A stretch of DNA of 64,000 nt from Planctomycetota bacterium (GCA_046048055.1 JBJOGW010000091.1:1227-65226), one strand, 5' to 3'. Numbered from the stretch's first letter, positions 41,623 to 52,328 are shown. The notes: generated by a model not told the origin, from the sequence alone. Translations and numbers: made by a program.

Positions 41623-42762
41623 TCACTTCATGCTCAGGGGTGCGGCCGGCGGTGCTTCCTTCAGGTAGGCGCCGGTCTTGGGGTCGAAGTCGTCCAGATG
41701 CTGCATCATGCCGATCACGGCGTCGATGGCACGGTCGTTGAGCTGGCCCTTGAAACTGGGCATGGCATTGCCGTAGCCGCCCACCAGTTCGCTGCCAGGG
41801 TTCAGGATGCTGTTGCGGAGATAGTCCTCGGGGGTGGCGTACTTCCTGCCCGGGCCGATGATGCCGGCGTAGGTGGTGCCGTCGGTGAACTTCTCGCCGC
41901 TGCCCTCGCCGCCGGTCACGCGGGCCCAGATCCCCTTCCAGCTGGGGCCGATGCCCTTGGTGCCATCCAGGCTGTGGCACTGCTGGCACCGCGCAAAGAT
42001 CTTGGGGCCGGCCCGGAAGTAGAGCTCCTCGTCGGGGATCTTGTCGAGCCACTGTCCCTGCTCCACCAGCCACGCGTCGAACTCGGCCTCCGGCAGCACG
42101 TGCACCTTGCGATTCATGTTGCTGTGTCCGGTGCCGCAGTACTCGGTGCAGAAGAGGTTGTGACCCCAGCCCGACGGGGTGGGTTGATCGGCCTGGAACC
42201 AGAGGTAGCTGTAGCGACCGGGCACCAGATCCTTCTTCACGCGGAAGTCCGGGATGTAGCAACTGTGCAGCACGTCGCTGGAGCGCATGGTCAGCTGCAC
42301 GGGGCGGCCCGCGGGCACGTACAGGTCATCGCTTGTCGCGCCGGTGGGATACTGGAAGCTCCATCCCCATTTCACCGCCGTCACCTTGACCACGTAGGCG
42401 TTCTTGGGCGGCGTGCTCATGTTCAGGTAGTCGCGGAAGCCCACATAGAACATGACCACCACGATCAGGAGCGGGACCACGGCCCAGGTGGTCTCGAGCG
42501 GCAGATGGTGCAGCGGCGCGTCGCTGCGGAAGGCCTGGCCCTTGCGCACACGGTACTTCACCACGAAGTACACCATGAGCACCATGATCAGCGCGAAGAA
42601 GAAGTAGCAGACCGCGTTGATGCCGTTGAAGACCATGTCCACGCCCGGCGCGATGGTGCTTGAGGGCGGCGGCAGCCAGGCCGTGGCTCCGCTTGGGGCG
42701 TCGGCGGCGAGCGAGGCGGCGAGGATGGTGAGGTGGTTGCTCATGGGGAGAAACGCGATCAA
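41623..42762 (-). CDS. ctaC: Cytochrome c oxidase subunit II with a fused C-terminal cytochrome c (caa3 type)
   Basis: 379 aa. The CuA site is HSCYIPDF...[12 protein letters not shown]. The C-terminal heme c motif is CQQCH. Confidence 0.95.
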   Translation of the reverse strand: MIAFLPMSNHLTILAASLAADAPSGATAWLPPPSSTIAPGVDMVFNGINAVCYFFFALIMVLMVYFVVKYRVRKGQAFRSDAPLHHLPLETTWAVVPLLIVVVMFYVGFRDYLNMSTPPKNAYVVKVTAVKWGWSFQYPTGATSDDLYVPAGRPVQLTMRSSDVLHSCYIPDFRVKKDLVPGRYSYLWFQADQPTPSGWGHNLFCTEYCGTGHSNMNRKVHVLPEAEFDAWLVEQGQWLDKIPDEELYFRAGPKIFARCQQCHSLDGTKGIGPSWKGIWARVTGGEGSGEKFTDGTTYAGIIGPGRKYATPEDYLRNSILNPGSELVGGYGNAMPSFKGQLNDRAIDAVIGMMQHLDDFDPKTGAYLKEAPPAAPLSMK

Positions 42763-42769
42763 AGGCGCC

Positions 42770-43669
42770 TCAGGCGGCGTGGGCCACCCCCGGGGCGACA
42801 GGAGCGGGCGGGGCCAGGCGGCGTGCCCGGGCCTCGCGGCGATGCATCAGGAACAGCGTGGCCCCCAGGGCCACCACGGTCACGCCGCCGCCGATCTGCA
42901 TGATGCGAAAGGCGAACAGCACGTAACCGCCCTTGGACGGGTCGAACTGGTGGCACCAGAACACGAAACGGTCGAAGGTGGAGCCCAGACGTCCCTCGCC
43001 AGCCCCGGTCAGCGCCAATCGCAGGTCCGCGGCGGAGGGCGCCACGCCCGGCAGGTACTGGCTCAGGCGACCGTCACCGGTGATGGCGAAGACCGCGGCC
43101 GGGTGGGCGTACTCGCCATCAGGCATCTTGCGGTACGGGAATCCCACCGCTTCGGCGATGCCGCGCACGGTCGCCTCGTCGCCCACCAGGAATCGCCACC
43201 CCTTCTCGCCGCCGGCGCGACCGTACTCGGTGGCATAGCCCGCCCGCTTGGCGGCAGCCAGTTCGCTGTTCTCCTCGGGGTTGATGCTGATGAAGAGCAC
43301 GTCGAACTGGTCTCCCACCGACCAGTCAAGTCCCTGCAGGCCGCGCACAAGCCCGTTCAGGGCCAGGCTGCAGAGCATTGGGCAACGCATGTAGCCCAGC
43401 TGGATCAGTCGCGGCCGACCATCGGCGAAGATCGCCTCGAGCGTGACGGGCTTGCCTGACTCGTCCACGAGCGTGGCCTGCATGGGCAGGTTCTCGCCAC
43501 GACGGTCGGTGACCTCCATGCCCTCCAGCTCGGCGGGTGCCTCGGTGGTCTGTGGCGATGGCGCAAAGCCCACGTCGAGCGAGCGCTGGGCCAGCGCAGC
43601 CGGCGCGGTCACCAGGCCCGCCAGCACCGCGAGCAGGACGATCACGGGACTCGTGCCGCTCGATCGCAT
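42770..43669 (-). CDS. SCO1/SenC copper chaperone with a C-terminal TM segment
   Basis: 299 aa from ATG 43669. It has a thioredoxin-like CPMLC motif (GYMRCPMLCSLAL) and the conserved His context (EYAHPAAVFAITGDGRL). The ATG overlaps the upstream stop. Confidence 0.85.
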   Translation of the reverse strand: MRSSGTSPVIVLLAVLAGLVTAPAALAQRSLDVGFAPSPQTTEAPAELEGMEVTDRRGENLPMQATLVDESGKPVTLEAIFADGRPRLIQLGYMRCPMLCSLALNGLVRGLQGLDWSVGDQFDVLFISINPEENSELAAAKRAGYATEYGRAGGEKGWRFLVGDEATVRGIAEAVGFPYRKMPDGEYAHPAAVFAITGDGRLSQYLPGVAPSAADLRLALTGAGEGRLGSTFDRFVFWCHQFDPSKGGYVLFAFRIMQIGGGVTVVALGATLFLMHRREARARRLAPPAPVAPGVAHAA

Positions 43670-44052
43670 CAGGGCTTCTGGCCTCCGGCGGGCGACGCGG
43701 TTGCCGAGACGGACGACGCGGCCTTGGGCAGGCCCTCCTGGACCAGCAGTTCCATGGCCCGGCCGGCGGGAATGCGAATCTTCTGCACGGTCTGGCCATC
43801 GGCCTGGACCCAGGGGTAGCGCTGGTAGCTGGCGAGTTGCTCGCGCCACGAGGATCGAAGCGCGTCCAGCCGCTCGTAACCCTGGTCGATCACCTTGGTG
43901 TCCACCTCGCCGGTCTCCGCGCGGAAGTACATCACGCTGGCGGCCACCACCAGGGCCACCAGGATCACGATGCCGGCGAGGGAGAAGAACCAGGTGCTTC
44001 CCGGTTCGGGATCGTCCAGCTGGCCAGGAATCAGGGAAACGTGTTCGCTCAT
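43669..44052 (-). CDS. Hypothetical single-pass membrane protein between ACIII and SCO1/oxidase genes
   Basis: 127 aa with one predicted TM (WFFSLAGIVILVALVVAASVMYF). Its position is translationally coupled. I recognise no family. Confidence 0.5.
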   Translation of the reverse strand: MSEHVSLIPGQLDDPEPGSTWFFSLAGIVILVALVVAASVMYFRAETGEVDTKVIDQGYERLDALRSSWREQLASYQRYPWVQADGQTVQKIRIPAGRAMELLVQEGLPKAASSVSATASPAGGQKP

Positions 44053-44062
44053 GGTCGCTCCA

Positions 44063-45358
44063 TCACATGTTCTCGAAGCGCAGGCTCTCGGCCAGCCGCG
44101 GGTCGCGTCGGCACAGCAGGCCGGCCCGGCTCAGGCGAACGAGCGTGCCGCCCACCATCAGCAGGAAGAAGCCGGCGGAGAATCCGGTCAACGTGGGGCT
44201 GAACAGCGGAGCAGGCTCGTTGGCGTAGGCCGCCAGGACCGCGTCATAGGTCTGGAATGCCGGCAGGTCGTGCGGGATCCGGGGCTGGATCAGGTAGCCC
44301 AGGTCGAGCCAGTGGAAGAACATCATCCACACCACGCCCACCATGAAGGTGGCCCGCCACCGCTTGGTCCACCGGCTGATCAGGAACAGGAACGGGATCA
44401 CGAAGTGGCCCAGCAGCAGTGCCGCGCTGACCAGCCGCCACTGGCCGATCTGCCGCGCCATGAACCAGGTGGTCTCCTCGGGAATGTTGCCGTACCAGAT
44501 CAGCATGTACTGGCTGAAGGCGATGTAGGCCCAGAACACCACGCCGAAACCGAACAGCATCTTGCCCAGATCCTGATAGTGCTCGGCGGTGATCAGGCCG
44601 GTCAGGAAACCCTGGCCCTGCAGCCGCATGCACAGGTACGCGATCATGGCGAAGCCGCCGGCGCAACTGGCCGCAAAGAAGTACACGCCGAACATGGTGC
44701 TGAACCAGGCGGGGTTCAGGCTCATGATCCAGTCGAACGCGGCGAACGTGGTGGTGAGTCCGAAGAGGATGGCCGCCGGCCCGGCCCACCGCTCCATGCG
44801 CCGGGTGCGATCGACGCTGCCGTCCTGGTCCTGGGCCGACGAGTTGCCCACGAAGAACCGGGCCAGGATCGCCCACACCAGCAGGTAGACCACGGCCCGG
44901 ATCATGAAGAAGCCGCTGTTCAGGTAGGCCACCTTCTTCTGGACCACGGCGACCTCGTCGGGCGCCACCTGCTTGAGGTGCTCCAGGTTGGCCCACGGAA
45001 AGAGCACGTCAAGCCGGTCCTGCCACCACAGCAGCGCGATCGGGACGAACCCCAGCCACAGCCACTGCAGGTTGCCCGCGAGCGCCTCGGCCGGCCGACG
45101 CACCACCACGCTCCAGCCCGCATGCGTGAGATGCTGGATGAATGTGAAGAACAGGCCACCCAGGCAGATGCTGACCGCGAAGAGCCAACCCTGGAGCCAA
45201 GCCCGCATCAGGAAGCCCTGATCGCCGCTCCAGCCCAGCCACGCGCCCACCGCCAGCAGGGCCAGGCCGGCCACCTGCAGCGTGCGGCCCCGGGGAGCCA
45301 GTCGCTCGCCCTCGATCAGCGACCGTGGGATGTCCTGCATGTTCACCGCGTGCGCCAT
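44063..45358 (-). CDS. actF: Alternative complex III subunit ActF (NrfD-like membrane subunit)
   Basis: 431 aa from ATG 45358. It is polytopic and paralogous in style to ActC. It holds the sixth position of the act cluster. Confidence 0.78.
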   Translation of the reverse strand: MAHAVNMQDIPRSLIEGERLAPRGRTLQVAGLALLAVGAWLGWSGDQGFLMRAWLQGWLFAVSICLGGLFFTFIQHLTHAGWSVVVRRPAEALAGNLQWLWLGFVPIALLWWQDRLDVLFPWANLEHLKQVAPDEVAVVQKKVAYLNSGFFMIRAVVYLLVWAILARFFVGNSSAQDQDGSVDRTRRMERWAGPAAILFGLTTTFAAFDWIMSLNPAWFSTMFGVYFFAASCAGGFAMIAYLCMRLQGQGFLTGLITAEHYQDLGKMLFGFGVVFWAYIAFSQYMLIWYGNIPEETTWFMARQIGQWRLVSAALLLGHFVIPFLFLISRWTKRWRATFMVGVVWMMFFHWLDLGYLIQPRIPHDLPAFQTYDAVLAAYANEPAPLFSPTLTGFSAGFFLLMVGGTLVRLSRAGLLCRRDPRLAESLRFENM

Positions 45359-45359
45359 G

Positions 45360-46037
45360 TCACTTCGCCTCCGCCAGCTTGACGCCGGCCGGCACGTCCT
45401 GCGGACGCGCATTCTGACTTCGCTGCAGGACCTTCACCCAGGCCGCGATGGCCCAGCGGTCCTCCACGGGGACCTGACTGCCGTATCCGGCCATGTTGCG
45501 GATGCCGTGCGTGATCGTGTGGAAGAGCTGCCCCACCGGCTGCCCGGTGACCGTCTCGTCGTGGACCAGGTTCTTGGCCTGCACCCAGACCGTGCCGTTG
45601 ACGGGCCCGTTGGTGTTGGCCACCAGTTCCATGGCCTTGTCGTTCACGATGCCGTCGCCACCGCCGGTCTCGCCATGGCACACGGAGCAGTAGATGTTGT
45701 ATCGCTCCTGTCCCCGCTGGAGCGTGGCCAGCGCGAGCGGCACCTCCGCGGGCAGCGTGTCGGCCCACTGGCCGTTGACCACGCCGTCGTACAGGTGGCC
45801 GTCCAGATAGGTCTCGCCCCGGGCGACCGTGCTCTCCACCGGCGGCCGGATGGTGCGGCGGTCGGCGAAGAGCGGGTTCACGGCCTGAGTCTTGAACTTG
45901 GCCTGAAAGTCCATGTCCTGAATGATGTGGATGGGCAGGTTGGGGTTGGGCGTGGCACGCACGCGCGCGATCACTGCCGGCGGGATCAGCAGGCAGAGCA
46001 GAAGGATCAGGCCCACGTAGAGGAAGGAACGCGGCAT
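45360..46037 (-). CDS. actE: Alternative complex III subunit ActE (monoheme cytochrome c)
   Basis: 225 aa from ATG 46037 (MPRSFLYVGLILLLCLLIPP...). It has a single CSVCH heme motif. Confidence 0.8.
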   Translation of the reverse strand: MPRSFLYVGLILLLCLLIPPAVIARVRATPNPNLPIHIIQDMDFQAKFKTQAVNPLFADRRTIRPPVESTVARGETYLDGHLYDGVVNGQWADTLPAEVPLALATLQRGQERYNIYCSVCHGETGGGDGIVNDKAMELVANTNGPVNGTVWVQAKNLVHDETVTGQPVGQLFHTITHGIRNMAGYGSQVPVEDRWAIAAWVKVLQRSQNARPQDVPAGVKLAEAK

Positions 46038-46038
46038 G

Positions 46039-46653
46039 TCAGGCCTCCACCGCCTCGACGGCCTTGGCACCCAGGCCTCGCAGGAAGTCCTCGGTGCGGC
46101 TGCGGAAGAAGAGCGGGTCGCGCGACTGGATCACGATGAAGAAGCGGTCATCGGTGGCGCGAAGAAATCGCCGGTTCGCCAGCAGCGGGTGCGAGAGCCA
46201 TGGCAGCCCGTTCAGCAGCAGCATCAGGCCCACGCAGCTGGTGGCGGCCAGCAGGATGGTGAGTTCGAACATGACCGGAATGAACGCCGGCAGGCTCAGC
46301 AGCGGCTTGCCGCTGATCAGGAACGGGTAGCCCGTGACCCACACCAGCGCCCACACCGAGATGCTGCTGGAGTTGGTGAAGGCCTGCAGGATGAAGCCCA
46401 CGATGGTTCCCGTGAGACCGGCGCCGAACACCAGCACGGGCAGGATGGTGCGCTGGATGCCCATGGCCTTGTCGAGCCCGTGCACCGGGAAGGGCGTGTG
46501 GCAGTCCCACCATCGGTAGCCGGCGTCGCGCACCTTCTCGGCTGCGTGCAGGAGTGCGGCAGGATCGTGGAACTCGGCCAGCACGCCGTGGATCCGCGCG
46601 CGGGCGGCGGCGGGTGCCTGGGTGGTTCCGGTGTTGGGAGCGAAGGTGGTCAT
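46039..46653 (-). CDS. actD: Alternative complex III subunit ActD (DUF3341)
   Basis: 204 aa. GVLAEFHDPAALLHAAEKVRDAGYRWWDCHTPFPVHGLDKAMG is typical of DUF3341/ActD, followed by two TMs. Confidence 0.82.
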   Translation of the reverse strand: MTTFAPNTGTTQAPAAARARIHGVLAEFHDPAALLHAAEKVRDAGYRWWDCHTPFPVHGLDKAMGIQRTILPVLVFGAGLTGTIVGFILQAFTNSSSISVWALVWVTGYPFLISGKPLLSLPAFIPVMFELTILLAATSCVGLMLLLNGLPWLSHPLLANRRFLRATDDRFFIVIQSRDPLFFRSRTEDFLRGLGAKAVEAVEA

Positions 46654-46674
46654 CGGGTGTTCGTCCGGTTCCGT

Positions 46675-48177
46675 TCAGGAGGCCTCGTGCGATCGCTGGG
46701 TGTCGGGACTGGCGTGGGCCGCCTGCGCGGCACCCCCGCCATGGTGGTGATGCCATCCCTCCCAGTGCGGATCCGCCTGGGGCATGGTGGCCTTGATCTC
46801 GGCGATGGCCACCATGGGCAGGTAGCGGCAGAACAGCAGGAAGAGCGTGCCGAACAGGCCGAAGGCGCCCAGCATGGTGCCCATGTCGATCCACGTCGGG
46901 GTGAAGAAGTCCCAGCTGGTCGGCAGGAAGTCGTTGGCCAGACTGGTCACGATGATCACGAATCGCTCGAACCACATGCCGATGTTCACCACCAGGCTGA
47001 GCACGAACATGAGCGGGATGCTGGTGCGGATCCGCTTGCTCCAGAACAGCTGCGGAGTGATCACGTTGCAGCTGACCATGATCCAGTAGGCCCACCAGTA
47101 CTGGCCGAAGGCGCGGTTCACGAACGCGAACTTCTCGTAGATCGCGCCGGAGTACCACGCGATGAAGAACTCCATGGAGTACGCGTAGCCCACCATGCAT
47201 CCCGTCACCAGGATGATCTTGTTCATGTTGTCCAGGTGGCGCAGCGTGATCATGTCCTTCAGGCCGAAGAGCTGCCGGGCGGGCACGGCCAGCGTGACCA
47301 CCATGGCGAACCCGCTGAAGATGGCGCCAGCCACGAAGTACGGCGGGAAGATGGTGGTGTGCCAGCCTGGCAGCTGGCTCACCGCGAAGTCGAAGCTCAC
47401 CACGCTGTGCACGCTGAGCACCAGCGGCGTGCTGAGCGCCGCCAGCAGCAGGTAGGCACGCTCGTACCGGTGCCAATGCCGGTTGCTGCCGCGCCACCCC
47501 AGCGAGAACAGGCCGTAGGCGAACTGCTGGATGGTGCCCTTGGCGCGGTCGCGCAAGGTGGCCAGGTCGGGGATCAGGCCCACGTACCAGAACAGCAGCG
47601 ACACCGTGAAGTAGGTGCTCACCGCGAACACGTCCCACAGCAGCGGGCTGCGGAACTGCGGCCACATCTCCATCTGGTTGGGAATCGGGAAGAGCCAGTA
47701 CGCCAGCCACACCCGGCCCACGTGGATGCCCGGGAAGAGGCCGGCGCAGATCACGGCGAAGATGGTCATGGCCTCGGCGAAGCGGTTGATGCCGGTGCGC
47801 CACTTCTGGCGGAAAAGGAACAGGATGGCGCTGATGAGCGTGCCGGCGTGGCCGATGCCGACCCAGAACACGAAGTTGGTGATGTCGAAGGCCCACATCA
47901 CCGGGTTGTTCAGCCCCCAGACACCCACACCCGCGAAGATCAGGTAGGTCACGCAGAAGCCGAGCAGGCCCACCAGGGCCAGGCTGACCGCGAAGGCGGC
48001 GTACCAGGCGAAGGGCGGCCGCGGCGACTCGGCCACCTGGCAGACCTGCCGAGTGACCTGGCCGAAACGGTCCATGTTCAGGACCAGCGTGGCCCGCTGG
48101 CCAGGCACCTCGGCGGTGTTGTCATGCTCCTGAAAGCCGGGCAGCCGACCGGTCGCGTGGGTGGGTATGGCGCTCAT
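46675..48177 (-). CDS. actC: Alternative complex III subunit ActC (NrfD/PsrC-type quinol-interacting membrane subunit)
   Basis: 500 aa and polytopic, NrfD-like. It is in ATGA overlap with the actB stop. Confidence 0.9.
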   Translation of the reverse strand: MSAIPTHATGRLPGFQEHDNTAEVPGQRATLVLNMDRFGQVTRQVCQVAESPRPPFAWYAAFAVSLALVGLLGFCVTYLIFAGVGVWGLNNPVMWAFDITNFVFWVGIGHAGTLISAILFLFRQKWRTGINRFAEAMTIFAVICAGLFPGIHVGRVWLAYWLFPIPNQMEMWPQFRSPLLWDVFAVSTYFTVSLLFWYVGLIPDLATLRDRAKGTIQQFAYGLFSLGWRGSNRHWHRYERAYLLLAALSTPLVLSVHSVVSFDFAVSQLPGWHTTIFPPYFVAGAIFSGFAMVVTLAVPARQLFGLKDMITLRHLDNMNKIILVTGCMVGYAYSMEFFIAWYSGAIYEKFAFVNRAFGQYWWAYWIMVSCNVITPQLFWSKRIRTSIPLMFVLSLVVNIGMWFERFVIIVTSLANDFLPTSWDFFTPTWIDMGTMLGAFGLFGTLFLLFCRYLPMVAIAEIKATMPQADPHWEGWHHHHGGGAAQAAHASPDTQRSHEAS

Positions 48178-51100
48178 GCGCGTGCTCCGTGGTCACGGCG
48201 CGCGTCGGCGTGACCGCCGTGGCCATGATCGTGTCCATGGTGGTCGTGTCCGTGGTCGTGTCCGTGGTCGTGGGCGCCATGGTCCACGGCCGGGTTGCTC
48301 ACCCGTGCCAGGTACTTCAGGCGAGGCTTGGTGTTGAGCTCCTCCAGCATGCCGTAGGCCACCTTGCTCGCATGCAACCGGCTGACCTGGCTGGACGGAT
48401 CGTTGAGATCGCCGAACACGATGGCGTTTGCCGGGCACGCCTGCTGACAGGCCGTGCGGATGGCGCCATCCGGGATGCTGAAGTTGGCCTTGCCACTGGC
48501 CACGCCGCCCGCCTTCACCCACTCGTTCTTGTAGTGGATCTTGGCCTGCGCGATGCGCTGCACGCAGAAGGAGCACTTCTCCATCACGCCGCGCATGCGC
48601 ACCGTGACCTCGGGGTTGAACTGCATGCGAAGCCACTCGTCAGGGCCGGTCTCCACGAAATACTCGGGCTTCACCGCAAGGGGGCCCGTCTGCTCGCGGA
48701 TGGGCTCGCGGCGCTGGTAGTCGAAGAAGTTGAAGCGGCGCACCTTGTAGGGGCAGTTGTTGCTGCAGTACCGCGTGCCGATGCAGCGGTTGTAGACCAT
48801 GTTGTTCAGGCCATCCGAGTCATGGACCGTGGCGGCCACCGGGCACACCTGCTCGCACGGTGCATTCTCGCACTGCACGCAGGTGACCGGCTGCACCGAG
48901 AAGCCGTCCGGGCGTGAGGGGTCGGCGCCGCGGAAGTACCGGTCCACGCGGATCCAGAACATCTCGCGTCCACGCTTGACCTGGTCCTTGCCGACGATCG
49001 GGATGTTGTTCTCGGCCTGACACGCGGTGACGCACGCCTGGCAGCCGGTGCAGGTGGTCAGGTCCACGCTCATGGCCCAGCGGAACTGGGCGCCATCCAT
49101 GGTGCTCTCCTGCCACAGGCTCAGGCGATGCGGCACATGCGTGGCATGGGCCGCGAAGTCCGGGTGGTGGCGGTAGTTCTCGAGCGTGGTGCTCCGGACC
49201 AGCGAGGGCAGCCGCTCCTGGATGCCGGCGTGCGGCACCGAGGGAATGAGCGCCGCGTCGATGCTTCCGTGGTCCTGCGTGTGTGCAAAGGTGTACGTGC
49301 CACCCGTGGCCTTGAGGCTGCAGCCCCGCACCAGGGCCATGTGGTCCGTGGTGCGGAGCGTGTAGGCGTTGAACCCGGCATCGCGCGCCAGGCTGCCCGC
49401 GGCCTGCCCGCGACCGCATCCCAGCGAGATGGCCGCCGAGTCGTCCACCATGCCGGGCACGGGGAACACCGCGGCCTCGAGCGAGCGGCCGGCGGCGGAG
49501 ACCTGGACCATGCTGCCCTGCTTCAGGTCCAGTCGCCGCATGGTGGCGGGCGAGAGCAGCAGCGCGTTGTCCCAGGTGATCTTGGTGACCGGATCGGGCA
49601 GTTCCTGCATCCAGCCGATGTTGGCGAATCGGCCGTCAAGCAGTCGGCTGTCGGGGATGAAGCAGAGCTCCAGGTTGGCGTCGCGCGACGCCGGCTGCGC
49701 GTTGGCCAGCGTCGTGACCGCCTTGGCCACCTCACCCGCACGGATCGTGGCCATGGCTCCCGAGGGCGAGCCGGCGGAGGACACGCCCTTCTCCAGGCAT
49801 CCACGCCACAGGGCCTCGAAGGCGGAACCGGTCAGGCCGCTCGAGGACATCATGGTGCGGCGAACGATGGCCAGGCCATCCTTGGGCTCGTTGCCGCCGA
49901 GCAGCATGGCGAGCATCTCGATCGCGCTCACGCCACCCTGTGCGGGATCGATCAGGGGCTGGATCAGCGGCTGCTGGATCGATCTTGCGCCGTCCGGTGC
50001 GGTGACATCGCCCCAGCACTCCAGAAAGTGAGCCTGAGGCACATGGAAGGTGCACGCGGGATCCACGCTCGTCTCGTCGCGGTGGTAGGCAAGGCGAGCC
50101 ACGTTGGGCACCTGGGCCATGGCCTTGGCGAACTCCAGGTCGGCCGGCGCGTCATAGCAGGGATTGCTGCCAAGGATCAGGAGCGTGTCCACCTGCCCTG
50201 CGGCCATGGCCTTGCAGAGCTCCTGGATCGATGCGGTGGCCATCTCCGCCGGCTGCATCCGCAGCGTGGTGCCATGGGCGCCAATCGCGGCGTTGATGGC
50301 GGCCGCCAGCGCGTGTGCCTCGGCGGGTTGGCCCGTGCCGCATCGCACGAATGCGCGTCCCTTGGCGCCCTGCAGGTCCTTGACCAGCTGGTCGAAGATT
50401 TCCCGCGAGTGATCGTCGAGCAGTCCCTTGCTTGCCGGCGAACCCGCCAGCAGATCGATCGCCGACGTCAGCTCGCCGCTTCCGCCCACGCCCAGCGCCT
50501 TCGCCAGCATCGCAAGCAGCACCGGAATGTCGCCGCGACGAACCGCCAGTCGGCTGTCCGCCGCCATGCCCGTCACCGTCAGGTGGGGCTCGACGGCATA
50601 GAGCCGGTTCTGCTCCTGCTTGGCCGGGTCATCGCCGCTCAGCCGGCGGCCGGCGGCCCAGTCGCGGGTGAACCGCAGCGACAGCGGATCGGTGCCGAGC
50701 ATGTCCCAGTCGAAGGCCGCGATCACCGAGGCCTTGTCCACCTGCGGCAGCACCTGCATGGCGGTGCCGAAGGCCGTTCGCGTTCCCTCGAGCGAGGCCG
50801 TGGCGGCGAGTGCCTCCCACGTCACCACGGTCGCCTTGGGGAACGCCTGACGCACCCGCGAAAGCATGTCGCGCACCGAGGGACTTGCAGTCGCGGGCAA
50901 CAGGATCGAGAGACCCTGACCCTGCGTCGCGCCAAGGGCCTTGGCGCGCTCCGCGATCCACGCCTTGAACTCGGCCATGTTCGAGGCCTCGCCCGACCTG
51001 AAGACCTGGCGACTGCGCTCGGGGTCGTAGAGCTCGAGCACGCGAGCCTGCATCCATGGCGTGCTGGCGCCGCCCCAGAACGGATGATCCGGGTTGCCGT

Positions 51101-51545
51101 CGAGCTTGATCGGGCGACCGTCGTAGCTGGTGGCCACCAGTCCGTATCCCACGCCCTGAACCTCGCAGGCCGTGGCATAGGTCACCGGAACGCCCGGCGT
51201 GCGGTTTGCGGGCTGGCTGGCGTTTGGAACGATCTCGCTCTCGGGCCAGCGGCGGCACCCGGCCAGGCCGAGGCCCGCCAGCGCGAACCCCGCACCCATG
51301 ATCTTGATGAAGGTACGGCGGTCCTCCCCAGTCAACTCGTCGGCGGCCACCGGAAACTCCCGATGCGCAAACGCCATCGCCTGGGCATCCTCCTCGCGTT
51401 CGCCGAGCGACCGCCACCACGAGGCACCCTTGCGGGCATCCACCGCGGGCTTGGCCGGGCTGCAGCCGCAGCCGCTTGCCGGCTCCTGCGCCACAGGAAG
51501 CGAAATGGTCCGTTCGGAGCCGTTCAGCGATGGCATGTGGAGCAA
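48174..51545 (-). CDS. actB: Alternative complex III subunit ActB (molybdopterin-oxidoreductase-like domain fused to a 4Fe-4S domain) with a His-rich C-terminal tail
   Basis: 1123 aa with a Tat-type signal ([17 protein letters not shown]). Ferredoxin-type clusters are [29 protein letters not shown] and [19 protein letters not shown]. The tail is [25 protein letters not shown]. Confidence 0.9.
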   Translation of the reverse strand: MLHMPSLNGSERTISLPVAQEPASGCGCSPAKPAVDARKGASWWRSLGEREEDAQAMAFAHREFPVAADELTGEDRRTFIKIMGAGFALAGLGLAGCRRWPESEIVPNASQPANRTPGVPVTYATACEVQGVGYGLVATSYDGRPIKLDGNPDHPFWGGASTPWMQARVLELYDPERSRQVFRSGEASNMAEFKAWIAERAKALGATQGQGLSILLPATASPSVRDMLSRVRQAFPKATVVTWEALAATASLEGTRTAFGTAMQVLPQVDKASVIAAFDWDMLGTDPLSLRFTRDWAAGRRLSGDDPAKQEQNRLYAVEPHLTVTGMAADSRLAVRRGDIPVLLAMLAKALGVGGSGELTSAIDLLAGSPASKGLLDDHSREIFDQLVKDLQGAKGRAFVRCGTGQPAEAHALAAAINAAIGAHGTTLRMQPAEMATASIQELCKAMAAGQVDTLLILGSNPCYDAPADLEFAKAMAQVPNVARLAYHRDETSVDPACTFHVPQAHFLECWGDVTAPDGARSIQQPLIQPLIDPAQGGVSAIEMLAMLLGGNEPKDGLAIVRRTMMSSSGLTGSAFEALWRGCLEKGVSSAGSPSGAMATIRAGEVAKAVTTLANAQPASRDANLELCFIPDSRLLDGRFANIGWMQELPDPVTKITWDNALLLSPATMRRLDLKQGSMVQVSAAGRSLEAAVFPVPGMVDDSAAISLGCGRGQAAGSLARDAGFNAYTLRTTDHMALVRGCSLKATGGTYTFAHTQDHGSIDAALIPSVPHAGIQERLPSLVRSTTLENYRHHPDFAAHATHVPHRLSLWQESTMDGAQFRWAMSVDLTTCTGCQACVTACQAENNIPIVGKDQVKRGREMFWIRVDRYFRGADPSRPDGFSVQPVTCVQCENAPCEQVCPVAATVHDSDGLNNMVYNRCIGTRYCSNNCPYKVRRFNFFDYQRREPIREQTGPLAVKPEYFVETGPDEWLRMQFNPEVTVRMRGVMEKCSFCVQRIAQAKIHYKNEWVKAGGVASGKANFSIPDGAIRTACQQACPANAIVFGDLNDPSSQVSRLHASKVAYGMLEELNTKPRLKYLARVSNPAVDHGAHDHGHDHGHDHHGHDHGHGGHADARRDHGARA

Positions 51546-52177
51546 TTCTCGCTTGGATGGATGTTGAAGTTCTTCTGCAACTGCTCACGCTGCTCGCGTG
51601 TGAGCTCCTTGGACTGGTCCCACGCCAGATTGGTCACCTGCGAGACCGGGCGGAGTCGGTCGACCGGATCGCGGTGGCACTCCAGGCACCAGCCCATGGA
51701 GAGCGGCGCCACGCGATAGACCTCCTCCATCTGGTCCACGCGACCGTGGCACTCCACGCAGCCCACGCCGCGGTTCACGTGGGCCGCATGGTTGAAGTAC
51801 GCGTAGTCGCCGAGCTTGTGCACCTTGACCCACTCGATGGGCATGCCGGTCTCGTAGCTCTGCTTCACCTTGGCCAGCTTGGGGCTGTCGCGGTGGATCT
51901 GGGTGTGGCAGTTCATGCAGGTCTGGGTGGCGGGAACCGCGGCGAAGCCCGCGTGCTCGACCGTGTTGTGGCAGTACCGGCAGTCCATCCCAAGCTTGCC
52001 CGCGTGCGTTGCATGGCTGTACGGGACCGGCTGGTGGGGCATGTAGCCGGCCTCCAGCGTCTTGGGGCTGAAGCCGTAGGCCACGAACATGACCGCATAG
52101 AGCGGGGCAATGGCCCCCACCACCAGCACGAACGGCAGGAGGGCGTTGGACCATCGGGGGAAGAGGAATCGGCTCAC
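51524..52177 (-). CDS. actA: Alternative complex III subunit ActA (pentaheme cytochrome c)
   Basis: Five CxxCH motifs are present (CRYCH, CMNCH, CVECH, CLECH, CSTCH) after one TM (LLPFVLVVGAIAPLYAVMFVAY). No in-frame ATG is suitable, so I infer GTG 52177 as the start. The part of track ORF 51524..52795 upstream of this is not supported. Confidence 0.82.
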   Translation of the reverse strand: MSRFLFPRWSNALLPFVLVVGAIAPLYAVMFVAYGFSPKTLEAGYMPHQPVPYSHATHAGKLGMDCRYCHNTVEHAGFAAVPATQTCMNCHTQIHRDSPKLAKVKQSYETGMPIEWVKVHKLGDYAYFNHAAHVNRGVGCVECHGRVDQMEEVYRVAPLSMGWCLECHRDPVDRLRPVSQVTNLAWDQSKELTREQREQLQKNFNIHPSENCSTCHR

Positions 52178-52209
52178 GGCCTGGTGGGTCCTGGGGAGGA
52201 GGCGGGCAA

Positions 52210-52233
52210 ACTTCGTGCCTTTTTGCACGAAGT
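52210..52233. promoter_or_regulatory. Perfect 9-bp inverted repeat (ACTTCGTGC-N6-GCACGAAGT) in the actA / EIIA divergent intergenic region
   Basis: The sequence is acttcgtgc cttttt gcacgaagt at 52210-52233. It lies ~33 nt upstream of the inferred actA start and ~95 nt upstream of the EIIA-like gene. Its role as an operator or leader hairpin is inferred. Confidence 0.35.
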
Positions 52234-52328
52234 CGATCGGGAAATGGTATTGAGGGGAACCGGAACCCGTCAACGGAGCACCGAATTCTGGTTTCCCGAC
52301 CATTCCAGGGGTCCGGTACCTTGGCCCC

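Noticed and set aside
38922-41741. 939-aa plus-strand ORF antisense to ctaE/ctaD
   Set aside because: It is a shadow ORF. The opposite strand encodes unmistakable heme-copper oxidase subunits.
48240-48275. Tandem 12-nt repeats, considered as a mini CRISPR or VNTR
   Set aside because: There are only three units and no spacers. They lie in frame inside actB and encode the His-rich tail. This is coding repeat expansion, not an array.
46036-51719. 725-aa and 863-aa plus-strand ORFs antisense to actC/actD and actB
   Set aside because: These are shadow ORFs with biased composition. The act genes on the minus strand carry Tat signal, Fe-S and NrfD features.
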